Source: an uncultured Eubacteriales bacterium (GTDB lineage Bacteria; Acidobacteriota; Aminicenantia; Aminicenantales; Saccharicenantaceae). From it: a stretch of 64,000 nt of DNA. Below, one piece after another: positions 46,463 through 54,783 of this stretch; the stretch's first letter is position 1; each line of letters starts with the position of its first letter. A model generated the notes under the pieces. The model had not been told where the DNA came from, made no database searches, and saw nothing but the letters and a program-made list of their open reading frames with translations. The translations under genes and the position numbers were made by a program. The DNA is taken from contig CAZKFD010000011.1 of assembly GCA_964551995.1 (NCBI GenBank), positions 173,036-237,035 of the forward strand. Direction: 5' to 3'.

Positions 46463-47878
46463 TCACGTCTGTCCGGTCAGGTATTGATGGATGGAGGCCG
46501 CGGCGATCCTCCCGTCCCCCATGGCGCTGATCACCGTGGCTGCGCCCCTGACAACGTCGCCCCCCGCCCAGACGCGGGCCTTGGACGTCCGGGCTGTCGC
46601 GGGGTCGGTCACGATCCCGCCCTTGCGGTTGACCTCCAGGCCCGGTGTCGTCATGGGGAGGAGAGGGTTGGGGCTGTTGCCGATAGCGATGACGACGGCG
46701 TCCACCGGCATGCGGAAATTCGAGCCTTCGATGGGGATCGGCTTTCTCCTCCCCGAATCGTCCGGCTCCCCCAGAGTCATCTCCAGGCATTCCATCTCTT
46801 TGAGCCATCCGGTCTCGTCGCCGATCAAGCGGACCGGCAGGGTGAGGAGGTTGAAAATAACGCCCTCCTCCTCCGCGTTCTCGGCCTCTTCTGCCCGTGC
46901 CGGGAGCTCCGTCCGGCTCCGGCGGTAGACGAGATGAACCTCGTCGGCGCCGAGGCGGATGGCCGTCCGGGCGGAGTCCATGGCCACGTTCCCGCCGCCG
47001 ACGACAGCCACGCGGGACCGCCGTTTGACCGGCGTGCCGTATTCGGGGAACCGATAGCCTTTCATCAGGTTCACGCGGGTGAGGTACTCGTTGGCGGAGT
47101 AGACCCCGTTGAGGTTCTCGCCCGGAATGTCCATGAACCAGGGAAGACCCGCGCCGGCCCCGGCGAAGAGGGCGTCGTATTCCTCGAGGAGCCGGTCGAC
47201 CGTTTTGGTCGTGCCCACGATGAAATCCATCCTGATCCTGGCCCCCAGTCTCTGAACGTAATCCACTTCTCGCTGAACGATCGCCTTAGGAAGTCTGAAT
47301 TCAGGTATTCCGTAGACCAAGACCCCACCGCACTCGTGAAGGGCCTCGAAGATGGTCACATCGTGGCCCAGAATGAGGAGATCGTTGGCTACGGTGACGC
47401 CGGCCGGGCCCGCCCCGACGATGGCCACTTTTTTTCCCGTCTTAGAGGCCTTCTCCGGCATCTCGAGTTTTCCCGAGGCCGCCTCCCAATCGGCCAAGAA
47501 ACGCTCCAACCGGCCGATGGCCAAAGGATCCCCCTTCTTGCCGACGACGCACATCTTCTCGCACTGCTCTTCCTGGGGGCAGACGCGACCGCAGATGGCC
47601 GGCAACGCGTTGGTCTGCTTGATCTTGCGGATGCCTGCGGCGAATTCACGCCCGACGATGTGCCGGATGAAGCCCGGAATATCGATCCCCACGGGACACC
47701 CTTGCTGGCACAAAGGGTTCTTGCAGTCCAGGCACCTCGAGGCTTCCTCGACGGCCGTTTCGATGGGATATCCCAGAGCGACCTCGTCGAAGTTCTTGAT
47801 CCTTTCCAGGTGGTCCTGCTTCGGCATGGGCCGGCGCTTCACGTCCAATATCCTCTTGGCCGGCTTTTCTTCCGCCAT
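46463..47878 (-). CDS. NfnB/GltD/SudA-like NAD(P)H-binding FAD/FeS oxidoreductase (glutamate synthase small-subunit-like)
   Basis: The internal start MAEEKPAKRIL.. at 47878 lies 14 nt after the upstream stop. CLDCKNPLCQQGCPV and CGRVCPQEEQCEKMC are two [4Fe-4S] sites. VAIVGAGPAG is the FAD site and VAVVGGGNVAMD the NAD(P) site. Confidence 0.85.
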   Translation of the reverse strand: MAEEKPAKRILDVKRRPMPKQDHLERIKNFDEVALGYPIETAVEEASRCLDCKNPLCQQGCPVGIDIPGFIRHIVGREFAAGIRKIKQTNALPAICGRVCPQEEQCEKMCVVGKKGDPLAIGRLERFLADWEAASGKLEMPEKASKTGKKVAIVGAGPAGVTVANDLLILGHDVTIFEALHECGGVLVYGIPEFRLPKAIVQREVDYVQRLGARIRMDFIVGTTKTVDRLLEEYDALFAGAGAGLPWFMDIPGENLNGVYSANEYLTRVNLMKGYRFPEYGTPVKRRSRVAVVGGGNVAMDSARTAIRLGADEVHLVYRRSRTELPARAEEAENAEEEGVIFNLLTLPVRLIGDETGWLKEMECLEMTLGEPDDSGRRKPIPIEGSNFRMPVDAVVIAIGNSPNPLLPMTTPGLEVNRKGGIVTDPATARTSKARVWAGGDVVRGAATVISAMGDGRIAAASIHQYLTGQT

Positions 47879-47891
47879 GTCCGGCACCTTC

Positions 47892-48731
47892 TCAAAAATG
47901 AGTCGCGGCGCTGCTCCGGCGAAGCGGGTCGATCTCTTCGAGATTGTAGCTCTTGCGCCGCGCCAGAAATTCCGGCCAGTCGATCTCATGCCCGTCGAAA
48001 TCGGGACCGTCGACGCAGGCGAACTTCATTTTCCCGCTGACCGAAAGCCGGCAGACGCCGCACATCCCCGTCCCGTCGATCATGATGGGGTTCATACTGA
48101 CGGTCGTCTTCCAGCCCAACGGTTTGGTCAATTCCGAAGTCCGCATCAGGAGAAACGTGCATCCGTTGACGATGACCAGATTGGGCGTGATCCCAGCCTC
48201 CTCCATCATAGCGGGCATCCTGTCGATATGCCCCTTCCGGCCCTTGGTCCCATCCCGGGTGACGACGAAGACGCCGTCCGAGGTTTCGGCCAGCTTCTCT
48301 TCCCAATAGAGCAAATAGGCGGCGCGGGCTTCGAGGAAGGCGTAGACCCTGTTTCTGGCTTTCTTCAGGGCCCGGGCGATCGGATAGATTGAGCCGATGC
48401 CGTAGCATCCGCCCACGCACAGGACCGTGCCGAAGTTGTCGATGAGGGTCGGCTTGCCCAATGGGCCAGCATAGGTCGGAATGAACTCTCCCGGCTTCAG
48501 CCGGGCCAGCCTGGCGGTCGAGCCGCCGACCTGCATGAAGATGGAGGTCACTGTGCCGGCCTGCCGGTCCCAGTCTGCCACGGAGAGGGGGATCCGCTCG
48601 CCGAGCTCGTCCGGCCGGACGATGACGAATTGACCCGGCCGTATGGACTCCGCCACCTCCGGGGCACGAACAGTGAGCTCGTGCAGATTGGGAACAATCA
48701 TCCGGCGCTCGATCACGTCGTACATGCCCAT
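47892..48731 (-). CDS. NfnA/PyrK/SudB-like FAD + [2Fe-2S] ferredoxin-NAD(P) reductase subunit
   Basis: The 279 aa product has the C-terminal GMCGVCRL...FACVDGP 2Fe-2S motif of the PyrK/NfnA family. Confidence 0.8.
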   Translation of the reverse strand: MGMYDVIERRMIVPNLHELTVRAPEVAESIRPGQFVIVRPDELGERIPLSVADWDRQAGTVTSIFMQVGGSTARLARLKPGEFIPTYAGPLGKPTLIDNFGTVLCVGGCYGIGSIYPIARALKKARNRVYAFLEARAAYLLYWEEKLAETSDGVFVVTRDGTKGRKGHIDRMPAMMEEAGITPNLVIVNGCTFLLMRTSELTKPLGWKTTVSMNPIMIDGTGMCGVCRLSVSGKMKFACVDGPDFDGHEIDWPEFLARRKSYNLEEIDPLRRSSAATHF

Positions 48732-48756
48732 CCTCCCTCTTCCGTCCTGGACCGCC

Positions 48757-51264
48757 TCACGCCGTTATCCTAGTGACGGCGACCCGAACCGGATTCGCCT
48801 CGAGCCTGTAGAGCGGCAGAAGGTCGCGCCGCCCTCCCAGCCCGCCGAAAACGGCCGGTCGGCTGATGTAAATAACGCCAGCCGGACATCCCGGGTCCTC
48901 CACGGCGATGCCCGGGGCGCTGGCCTTGCTGTCGCGGGCGGAGATATGAATCCGGCTGCCGCTTTTCAAACCCAGCCCGGCCATGTCCTCCGGGTTTATG
49001 CGGAATCCCTCCTCGAGCGCGAGCTCCTCCAACCCCCCGACCTTTGAGGAAAGGTCGATCCCCCGGTGGCGGTAGCCGCCCGGCTGGAAAACCAGCAGGA
49101 ACGTGCCCTCGGAAGCCCGGCCGTTTTTCGCTTTTCCCGGCTCCCATGCGGACGGCGCCCTCATGCGCCTCTGCCTCCGGCTCACGCCGGCCGGGAAATC
49201 GGGGATGTCCTTCCTGATTTCTTTAAAGACGTCTCGCGGGCTTCTGTAACTCATAATATGGCAATCCATGGCATCGGCGAGGTCGGCGAAGATGCGCCAG
49301 TCCGGCCGCATGAAGCCGGTCAGCGCGCCTTCCGGGGGGGCCTCGACCTGGACGATCTCCTGGACCCGGCCCTCCATATTGACCAGCGTCCCTCCGGCTT
49401 CGGCGAACGAGGAGGCGGGGAGGAAGACATCGAACGCGAACGGCGGAAGATAAATATCCTGGACGATCAGAAAATCGCAGGCCGGCCTCTCGAGGAAGGG
49501 GATGTCGCCGGCCAGGTAGAGCACCTTTGGGCGCTTCCGGCCGCTTGCCAAGTCCTCGAGGCGGAAATCTCGCTCCCGATGCCCTCCCGCCGGAGCCTCT
49601 TCCGGAAGAAGGCCCAATTCGAGAACGCCCCGGGAGTTAGCCCCGAAATAGAGAGGGATGAAGTTTGACTCCGGTCGCGTCGCCAGCCGCCTCAATCCCT
49701 CGGCGAGGTCGCTTGTTTCCGCGTAGTGGAAGACCTGCGGACCCAGGATCACCGTCAGGCGCTCGCTAGCGGCCATCACGGCCAGGGCCTTTTCAAGAGA
49801 CGGGGCGTCGATGCCCGCTGCCCCGGCCAGCGCGGGCGGGGCTGGCGCTTTCCCCGCCAGGTACTTGGCGATGCCTTTGAGGACCGTTCCTTCGGTCCCG
49901 GGAGCCGGCCGAAGCCAATCGTCCGTATAACGGGCCAGGTTGCTGTCCCTCGGGTCGATGGTCACTAACCTGGCACCCGCGTCGATGGCCTGGCGGACCT
50001 TCGTTCCGACTACCGAGAAATCAAACCGGCTGTCGAGATCGACGGCCAGGATGGCGTCCGAGCCGGTGATGTCTTTGATAGAGATGGGCAGGGAGAAGAG
50101 GAAGGACCAGAGGCCCAGCCCTCCGCCGAGCTCGATTCGGGCCGTGGAGTCGATGCGGGGGGCGCCGAGGCAGTCCCGCGCGAATCTCCGGGCGGCGTAC
50201 AGAGCCTCATTGGTAAGATCCGGCGATACGATCAGGGCCGAGTCCCCGGGCTCGACGGCCCCGAGTGCCGCTGCGGCCTTTCCCAGCGCTTCCTGCCAGG
50301 TCACCTCTCGGGCGAAATCACCCTTCTTCATCAGCGGCTTCTTGGCGCGGTCGAAATGATGGGTCGTTTCGGGAAGGCAGAAGCGTCCCCTGACACACAG
50401 CTGCCCATCGTTGACTTCCGGATCGAGGCTGGCCTTGACGCCCGTCAGCCGGCCGTTCTTGTGGTTGAGCTCGACTTGGCAGCCGATGGCACAGATGGGG
50501 CACGTGGAGACCTGGAATCCGTCGGGCTTCCCTTCCCACTTGGAGACCTTGTCGGCGAGAGCGCCCGTCGGACAGACATCTACGCAGGCGCCGCAGAATT
50601 CGCAGCCCGCCTCGCGGTGGCTGCGGCCGAAGGCCGTGCCGATCTTTGTCAGAGAGCCCCGGCGGGTGAAGGCCAGCACCGAGCTCCCGCGGACCTCCGC
50701 GCACATCCGGACGCAGCGTCCGCAGAGAATGCAGAGGTTGTAATCCCGGTCATAGAAAGGATCATCGTGTTCGGGCTCGAAACCATGATAGAGGATGGGG
50801 TAATCGATCTCCGGGAGGCCGATCCTGTCGATGACGTCCTGGAGCTCGCATTGACCGTCGTTCGGGCAGAAACGGCAGCCCGTCGTCACGCCGCTCTTTC
50901 GGATCGTCCCCTGAAACTCTCGGCAGGCGGCGCTCTCTTCGCAGATGAGACAGCTCGAGGGATGCTCGCTGAGGATGAGCTTGAGCATCTCCCGTCGGAA
51001 CTCTTTGAGGGCCTCCGAGTCGGTCCGGACTCTCATCCCCTCCGCGGCGGCGGTGCTGCAGGACAAGGGATATCCCCGCATCCCTTTGACTTCGACCATG
51101 CACAGCCGGCATCCGCCGAAGGGAGAGAGGTCCTTATGGGAGCATAGGGAAGGGATATAAATCCCGTTCAGCTCGGCCGCTCGATGGATGGACACGCCTT
51201 CGGGAAAGGAAACCGTGCGGCCGTCCATCTCGAGGGCCAGCGTGCGCGACTCCTTGTGCGCCAT
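48757..51264 (-). CDS. NuoG-like FeS subunit with molybdopterin-oxidoreductase-type domain (no evident formate-dehydrogenase active-site Cys/Sec)
   Basis: CSHKDLSPFGGCRLC is a 2Fe-2S site. HPSSCLICEESAAC is a His-ligated 4Fe-4S site. CILCGRCVRMC..CEFCGACVDVCP are 2x4Fe-4S sites. TCPICAIGCQ is an MGD-type 4Fe-4S site. No RVCH/U-H motif follows. Confidence 0.8.
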   Translation of the reverse strand: MAHKESRTLALEMDGRTVSFPEGVSIHRAAELNGIYIPSLCSHKDLSPFGGCRLCMVEVKGMRGYPLSCSTAAAEGMRVRTDSEALKEFRREMLKLILSEHPSSCLICEESAACREFQGTIRKSGVTTGCRFCPNDGQCELQDVIDRIGLPEIDYPILYHGFEPEHDDPFYDRDYNLCILCGRCVRMCAEVRGSSVLAFTRRGSLTKIGTAFGRSHREAGCEFCGACVDVCPTGALADKVSKWEGKPDGFQVSTCPICAIGCQVELNHKNGRLTGVKASLDPEVNDGQLCVRGRFCLPETTHHFDRAKKPLMKKGDFAREVTWQEALGKAAAALGAVEPGDSALIVSPDLTNEALYAARRFARDCLGAPRIDSTARIELGGGLGLWSFLFSLPISIKDITGSDAILAVDLDSRFDFSVVGTKVRQAIDAGARLVTIDPRDSNLARYTDDWLRPAPGTEGTVLKGIAKYLAGKAPAPPALAGAAGIDAPSLEKALAVMAASERLTVILGPQVFHYAETSDLAEGLRRLATRPESNFIPLYFGANSRGVLELGLLPEEAPAGGHRERDFRLEDLASGRKRPKVLYLAGDIPFLERPACDFLIVQDIYLPPFAFDVFLPASSFAEAGGTLVNMEGRVQEIVQVEAPPEGALTGFMRPDWRIFADLADAMDCHIMSYRSPRDVFKEIRKDIPDFPAGVSRRQRRMRAPSAWEPGKAKNGRASEGTFLLVFQPGGYRHRGIDLSSKVGGLEELALEEGFRINPEDMAGLGLKSGSRIHISARDSKASAPGIAVEDPGCPAGVIYISRPAVFGGLGGRRDLLPLYRLEANPVRVAVTRITA

Positions 51265-51278
51265 GGCTCATTCCGAGA

Positions 51279-51605
51279 TCACCTGATGCCGAGCTCATAG
51301 AGCTTCTTGGCCAGGGTCCAGGTGTCGTCCTCGGATCCGAACAGGGCGATCTTGGCCCGGACGGCCAGGGCGACGACGTCCTCGGGGGGGGTTTTGCCGC
51401 GGGAGTAAAGGACGGCGGCGACGTCGACGAGGTTGGCGGCCGCGATCAGGTTCTTATGGGTCTGGAGGGTGATCAGCAGGTTGCCCCCCTTGATTCCGAT
51501 GATATCGCTGACCATGTCGGAGATATAGACCCCCTGGATCTCCTTGTCCGCATAGGGATTGAACGACCTGAGTCCGATTTTTGAGGCAAGTTCGGAAATC
51601 TTCAT
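51279..51605 (-). CDS. DRTGG domain protein (second copy)
   Basis: The 108 aa product reads MKISELASKIGLRSFNPYADKEIQGVYISDMVSDIIG..LLITLQTH.. Confidence 0.65.
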   Translation of the reverse strand: MKISELASKIGLRSFNPYADKEIQGVYISDMVSDIIGIKGGNLLITLQTHKNLIAAANLVDVAAVLYSRGKTPPEDVVALAVRAKIALFGSEDDTWTLAKKLYELGIR

Positions 51606-51622
51606 TTGGCCTTTTCCTTATT

Positions 51623-52162
51623 TCAATAGAGTTCGGTCAAGCCAACGTCGGCGAGGACGATCCCCTGGCAAAAATCCACGGAACGGCGCAACGTGCAGGG
51701 AACAACGATGATCTTCTTATTCGGGTCCACGAGGTCCGCGTTGAAGTATTCGTTCAGGGCCCAGATGCTTTCCTCCGAGACGCACGTTCCCCGCTCGTGC
51801 GAGGAGTCGGCGCAGAGAGCGACATAAACCCAGGTCTTCCACTCCGGATCCGCGGCGCCGCTCTTGAAGACCCCGCAGTCCGGATCGCATCGCCAGCAAA
51901 GCATCAAAGCCATGAGCTCCTTGAGGGGGACTTCCCTCGAGCACTTCTTGCACTTGAGGTCGAACTTGACAGCCTGGGAGCTCCCCAGGTAACTCCAGAT
52001 ATGGTCCCCTTGCTGATAGTGATCGACCGGCGGAACCGGCTCTTCGGAAAAGAATGAGATTCGGTGACGGCACTGGAAGCAGCCCTCGGTGACCAGATAG
52101 CCACTCCGGACGTTGACCATCTCCCATCTGTGTTGGCACAAGCCTCTTACCGTCGTGTTCAA
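51623..52162 (-). CDS. Cys-rich hypothetical protein (multiple CxxC/CxxxxC pairs; zinc-ribbon-like), first gene of the redox operon
   Basis: The 179 aa product has 12 Cys, including CFQC, CKKC and CWRCDPDC. The start is uncertain: the ORF-track start is a TTG at 52162, with an in-frame ATG at 52120. GC content is lower than in its neighbours. Confidence 0.4.
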   Translation of the reverse strand: MNTTVRGLCQHRWEMVNVRSGYLVTEGCFQCRHRISFFSEEPVPPVDHYQQGDHIWSYLGSSQAVKFDLKCKKCSREVPLKELMALMLCWRCDPDCGVFKSGAADPEWKTWVYVALCADSSHERGTCVSEESIWALNEYFNADLVDPNKKIIVVPCTLRRSVDFCQGIVLADVGLTELY

Positions 52163-52276
52163 GGCCCTGGACCGCCAAGAATTCTGCGCTCGATTCTTAT
52201 AGAACTATACAGACGCCCCGCTTTCTTGTCAAGAAAACGGATTACTCTCCGGGAGTCATTCAAGGCTGCGGCCGGG

Positions 52277-53194
52277 CTAACGCCGGGCGAATTGACCGAC
52301 GAGCTCGTCTGGGATGAAGAAGCAGCGGCTCTTCTCCACCTCGTGAACCAGATTCACCGCTTCGGCGTTGTAGGGAGTAGCCATCCCCACTTCCCGGCCC
52401 AGGCTGACGATCTCCCCGTTCAGATAATCGATTTCCGTGGGCCTGCCGCGTCTCAGGCTCTTTAGGGTGGAGCCGAGCGTCTTCAGGGAGCCGACAGACC
52501 GGCCTAGCATCCAGGCGGTCGCGGGCAAAGGCGAGCGGACGATGAAGGTCAGCGAGGCGAGGGGAACTCCCGGGAGCGGCGCGAGGCGAATGCCGGACCT
52601 CCGGACCGCCCGGTACCCTTCCTTGAGTGTCAGCGCGGCGATCCTCCTCATCCGGGGAGCGCGGAGGCACTCGCGGACACTGAGGCCTGTCATGGCCTCG
52701 AGCCCATTGGCGATATTGTTCATCAGCAGCTTAGTCCAGTGAGCGCCACAGATGTCGTTACTCGTCTCCGTTCGAACGGCTCGCCCGAGCAGAAACCTGA
52801 GTTCTTTGACGCGCGGCCCGTTTGGTCCGAAGGGCTCGCCGATGATGAGCCTCCAGCCCCTCGCGTATATGATCTCTCCGGGCTCCAGGAACTGGGCGTT
52901 GAGCAACACCACGCCGCTCACGATGTTTTCCTGGAGCAGCAGCGCGGCGACGATCTCGTCGCTCCGGACCCCGTTTTGCAGGGTGACGACCGCGGCGTCG
53001 CGGAGCGCGGCGGAGACCGGGCGGCAGGCGCTCTCAACATCCTGGGTCTTGACGGCCAGCAGCGTCACGTCCGGCCGAAAATCCAGGGTTTCGGCGGCCT
53101 TGACCTCGAGAGTCAGCCCGCCCAGGGCGCCCCCGATCCGCAGGCCCTTCGCCCGGATGGCTTTCGCGTGTGCCCGGCGCGCGATAAGCGTCAC
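52277..53194 (-). CDS. 2-dehydropantoate 2-reductase (PanE/ApbA) family protein, N-terminus disrupted by an apparent frameshift
   Basis: TLIARRAHAKAIRAKGLRI matches the PanE N-terminal region. The Rossmann start (M..RIAVLRAGA) lies in another frame at about 53240-53287. A 1 nt frameshift is implied and the first Gly of GxGxxG is replaced by Arg. Confidence 0.5.
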   Translation of the reverse strand: MTLIARRAHAKAIRAKGLRIGGALGGLTLEVKAAETLDFRPDVTLLAVKTQDVESACRPVSAALRDAAVVTLQNGVRSDEIVAALLLQENIVSGVVLLNAQFLEPGEIIYARGWRLIIGEPFGPNGPRVKELRFLLGRAVRTETSNDICGAHWTKLLMNNIANGLEAMTGLSVRECLRAPRMRRIAALTLKEGYRAVRRSGIRLAPLPGVPLASLTFIVRSPLPATAWMLGRSVGSLKTLGSTLKSLRRGRPTEIDYLNGEIVSLGREVGMATPYNAEAVNLVHEVEKSRCFFIPDELVGQFARR

Positions 53195-53482
53195 GTCTTC
53201 CCCGGCTCGCGCCAGGAGGCCGCCGACGAGGCTCCCGACGGCGCGCCGGCTCTGAGGACGGCGATTCTCGGGTTTGGGCTTAAAGCCATGAATCTCGCGT
53301 CATTTTGCCGAGGGTGATGAGGGCTCCGATCCGGCAGATTTCAATTTCTTCGCGTCGCCCTCAGCGGCGCTTGCCACGGTTCCTGCGCCCGGCATCTCGG
53401 GCATTACGCGCCGGCCTGCGCGCGGAGCTCCGGCGCGCCGGGGCAGCGCCAGTTTCGGCACAGAGCGAAGCGGCTGCCGGGT

Positions 53483-53845
53483 TTATTTTTCCACCTTGAC
53501 CATATCGACGCCGCACGTGCATTTGCCCGGGGTTTGGCTGATCGAATCGCAGGTGCAGCCCGGGCACGCGCAGGCATACTTGCCGATGGTCTTGAACGGC
53601 TGCTCCCGTTTCCCGATGACGAAGACCGCAGTCCTCTCGCCGACGGACTTAACCCTGGCTTTGACCATGGGACGGCCGCAGGTGCAGTTGCCCGCATGGC
53701 GAGAGATCATCTGACATGGACAGGACTCGCCGCAATTGAAGGCGTAAACCACGTCGCCGACCTTAAGATTGATTTTGCCAGTTACCGACGGCCCTGCGGC
53801 CAGGGCTGCGGCGACGGCCACGGCGGCGGCCAGGGTAATTCCCAT
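53483..53845 (-). CDS. small secreted Cys-rich protein with internal tandem repeat (putative metal-binding)
   Basis: The 120 aa product has signal peptide MGITLAAAVAVAAALAAG. Two roughly 32 aa repeats follow: YAFNCGESCPCQMISRHAGNCTCGRPMVK and YACACPGCTCDSISQTPGKCTCGVDMVK. Confidence 0.55.
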   Translation of the reverse strand: MGITLAAAVAVAAALAAGPSVTGKINLKVGDVVYAFNCGESCPCQMISRHAGNCTCGRPMVKARVKSVGERTAVFVIGKREQPFKTIGKYACACPGCTCDSISQTPGKCTCGVDMVKVEK

Positions 53846-53919
53846 CGCCCAGATCCGACCTTTCTTAATCTTATCTCCTCCGGGGGAACGTCCCGTTTTG
53901 CCAAACGGACTTGCCCATA

Positions 53920-53928
53920 ATTATACCA
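53920..53928 (-). promoter_or_regulatory. extended -10 element (TGgTATAAT) upstream of the small Cys-rich gene
   Basis: It sits on the minus strand about 75 nt upstream of the ATG at 53845. The weak -35 is TCTCCC. A leader hairpin GTCCGTTTggcaAAACGGGAC is also present. Confidence 0.3.
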
Positions 53929-54046
53929 CAAAGAAGAAAGCCGGGAGATTCTGCAGTGAACGCCTTCCCGCCGCCCCTTTCCTGGCTGGGGCTTTACGTA
54001 CCGGGAGGGGGGAACCGCCGGATTTGCGTCTCGGCCGACGCCCCGC

Positions 54047-54409
54047 TCAGCCGATCGAGGCTGGGATTCCCTCGTCCGGGTTGTACAGATGCCGGATCAG
54101 GGCGAACAGCGTGGCCGTGATTTGGTGCCGGAACTCGACGCCGAGCTCGCACGTCTTCCCGTCCTCTTTCATTTTGTGCCATTTGACCTCGGCCTCGAGG
54201 GTGATCGTCTGCTTCGACCGGGCCAGGTGAATCTGGAGCTTGATCACGGCTCCGTCCTTGTACAGCCGGTTCGTGGTGATTCTCGCCCCGCCCGTGGAGA
54301 TGTCGTATGTGCATGCGTTGAGGGACGGGCTCTTGTCGGCGTCCGACGCCGGCACGATCACCACCTGATTCTCTTCGACGAATCGGCTTTCCTTGCGTCT
54401 CTCAATCAT
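54047..54409 (-). CDS. PilZ domain (c-di-GMP binding) protein
   Basis: RRKESR is the RxxxR motif and DISTGGARI the DxSxGG motif. An internal start MIERRKESRF follows GAGGAG 6 nt upstream. The ORF track extends the ORF to 54556. Confidence 0.6.
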   Translation of the reverse strand: MIERRKESRFVEENQVVIVPASDADKSPSLNACTYDISTGGARITTNRLYKDGAVIKLQIHLARSKQTITLEAEVKWHKMKEDGKTCELGVEFRHQITATLFALIRHLYNPDEGIPASIG

Positions 54410-54783
54410 GATGGTCTCCTCAAGAGACATCGGCCTTTCGAGACTCATTATCGCCCGGACACCCGGGATGAGCGCAATCACCTCCGGGGGTGATTTTGGG
54501 TGATGAATTTTCACCCCCTTGCGTCCCCCGACACGGATCGGGCCCGCAACGTGCATAATGGGCGCGGGATGAAACTTCGGGATGATGCGGACATGACAGG
54601 ACGTGAGTCGAGCAGCGACGGCCGAGGCACCCGGGGCGGAATTGCGGCCGGGCCTTCAGTCAGCCTTCGTCGTGGAGCCCCGGCAGAAGGAAGTCGGAGG
54701 CTTCTTGGGGGGCACGCGAGAACCGATGGGCGCCGGCCGGGATCCTCGAATATCGGAAGTTTCAAGAGCAGCCTCGGGGCCAA

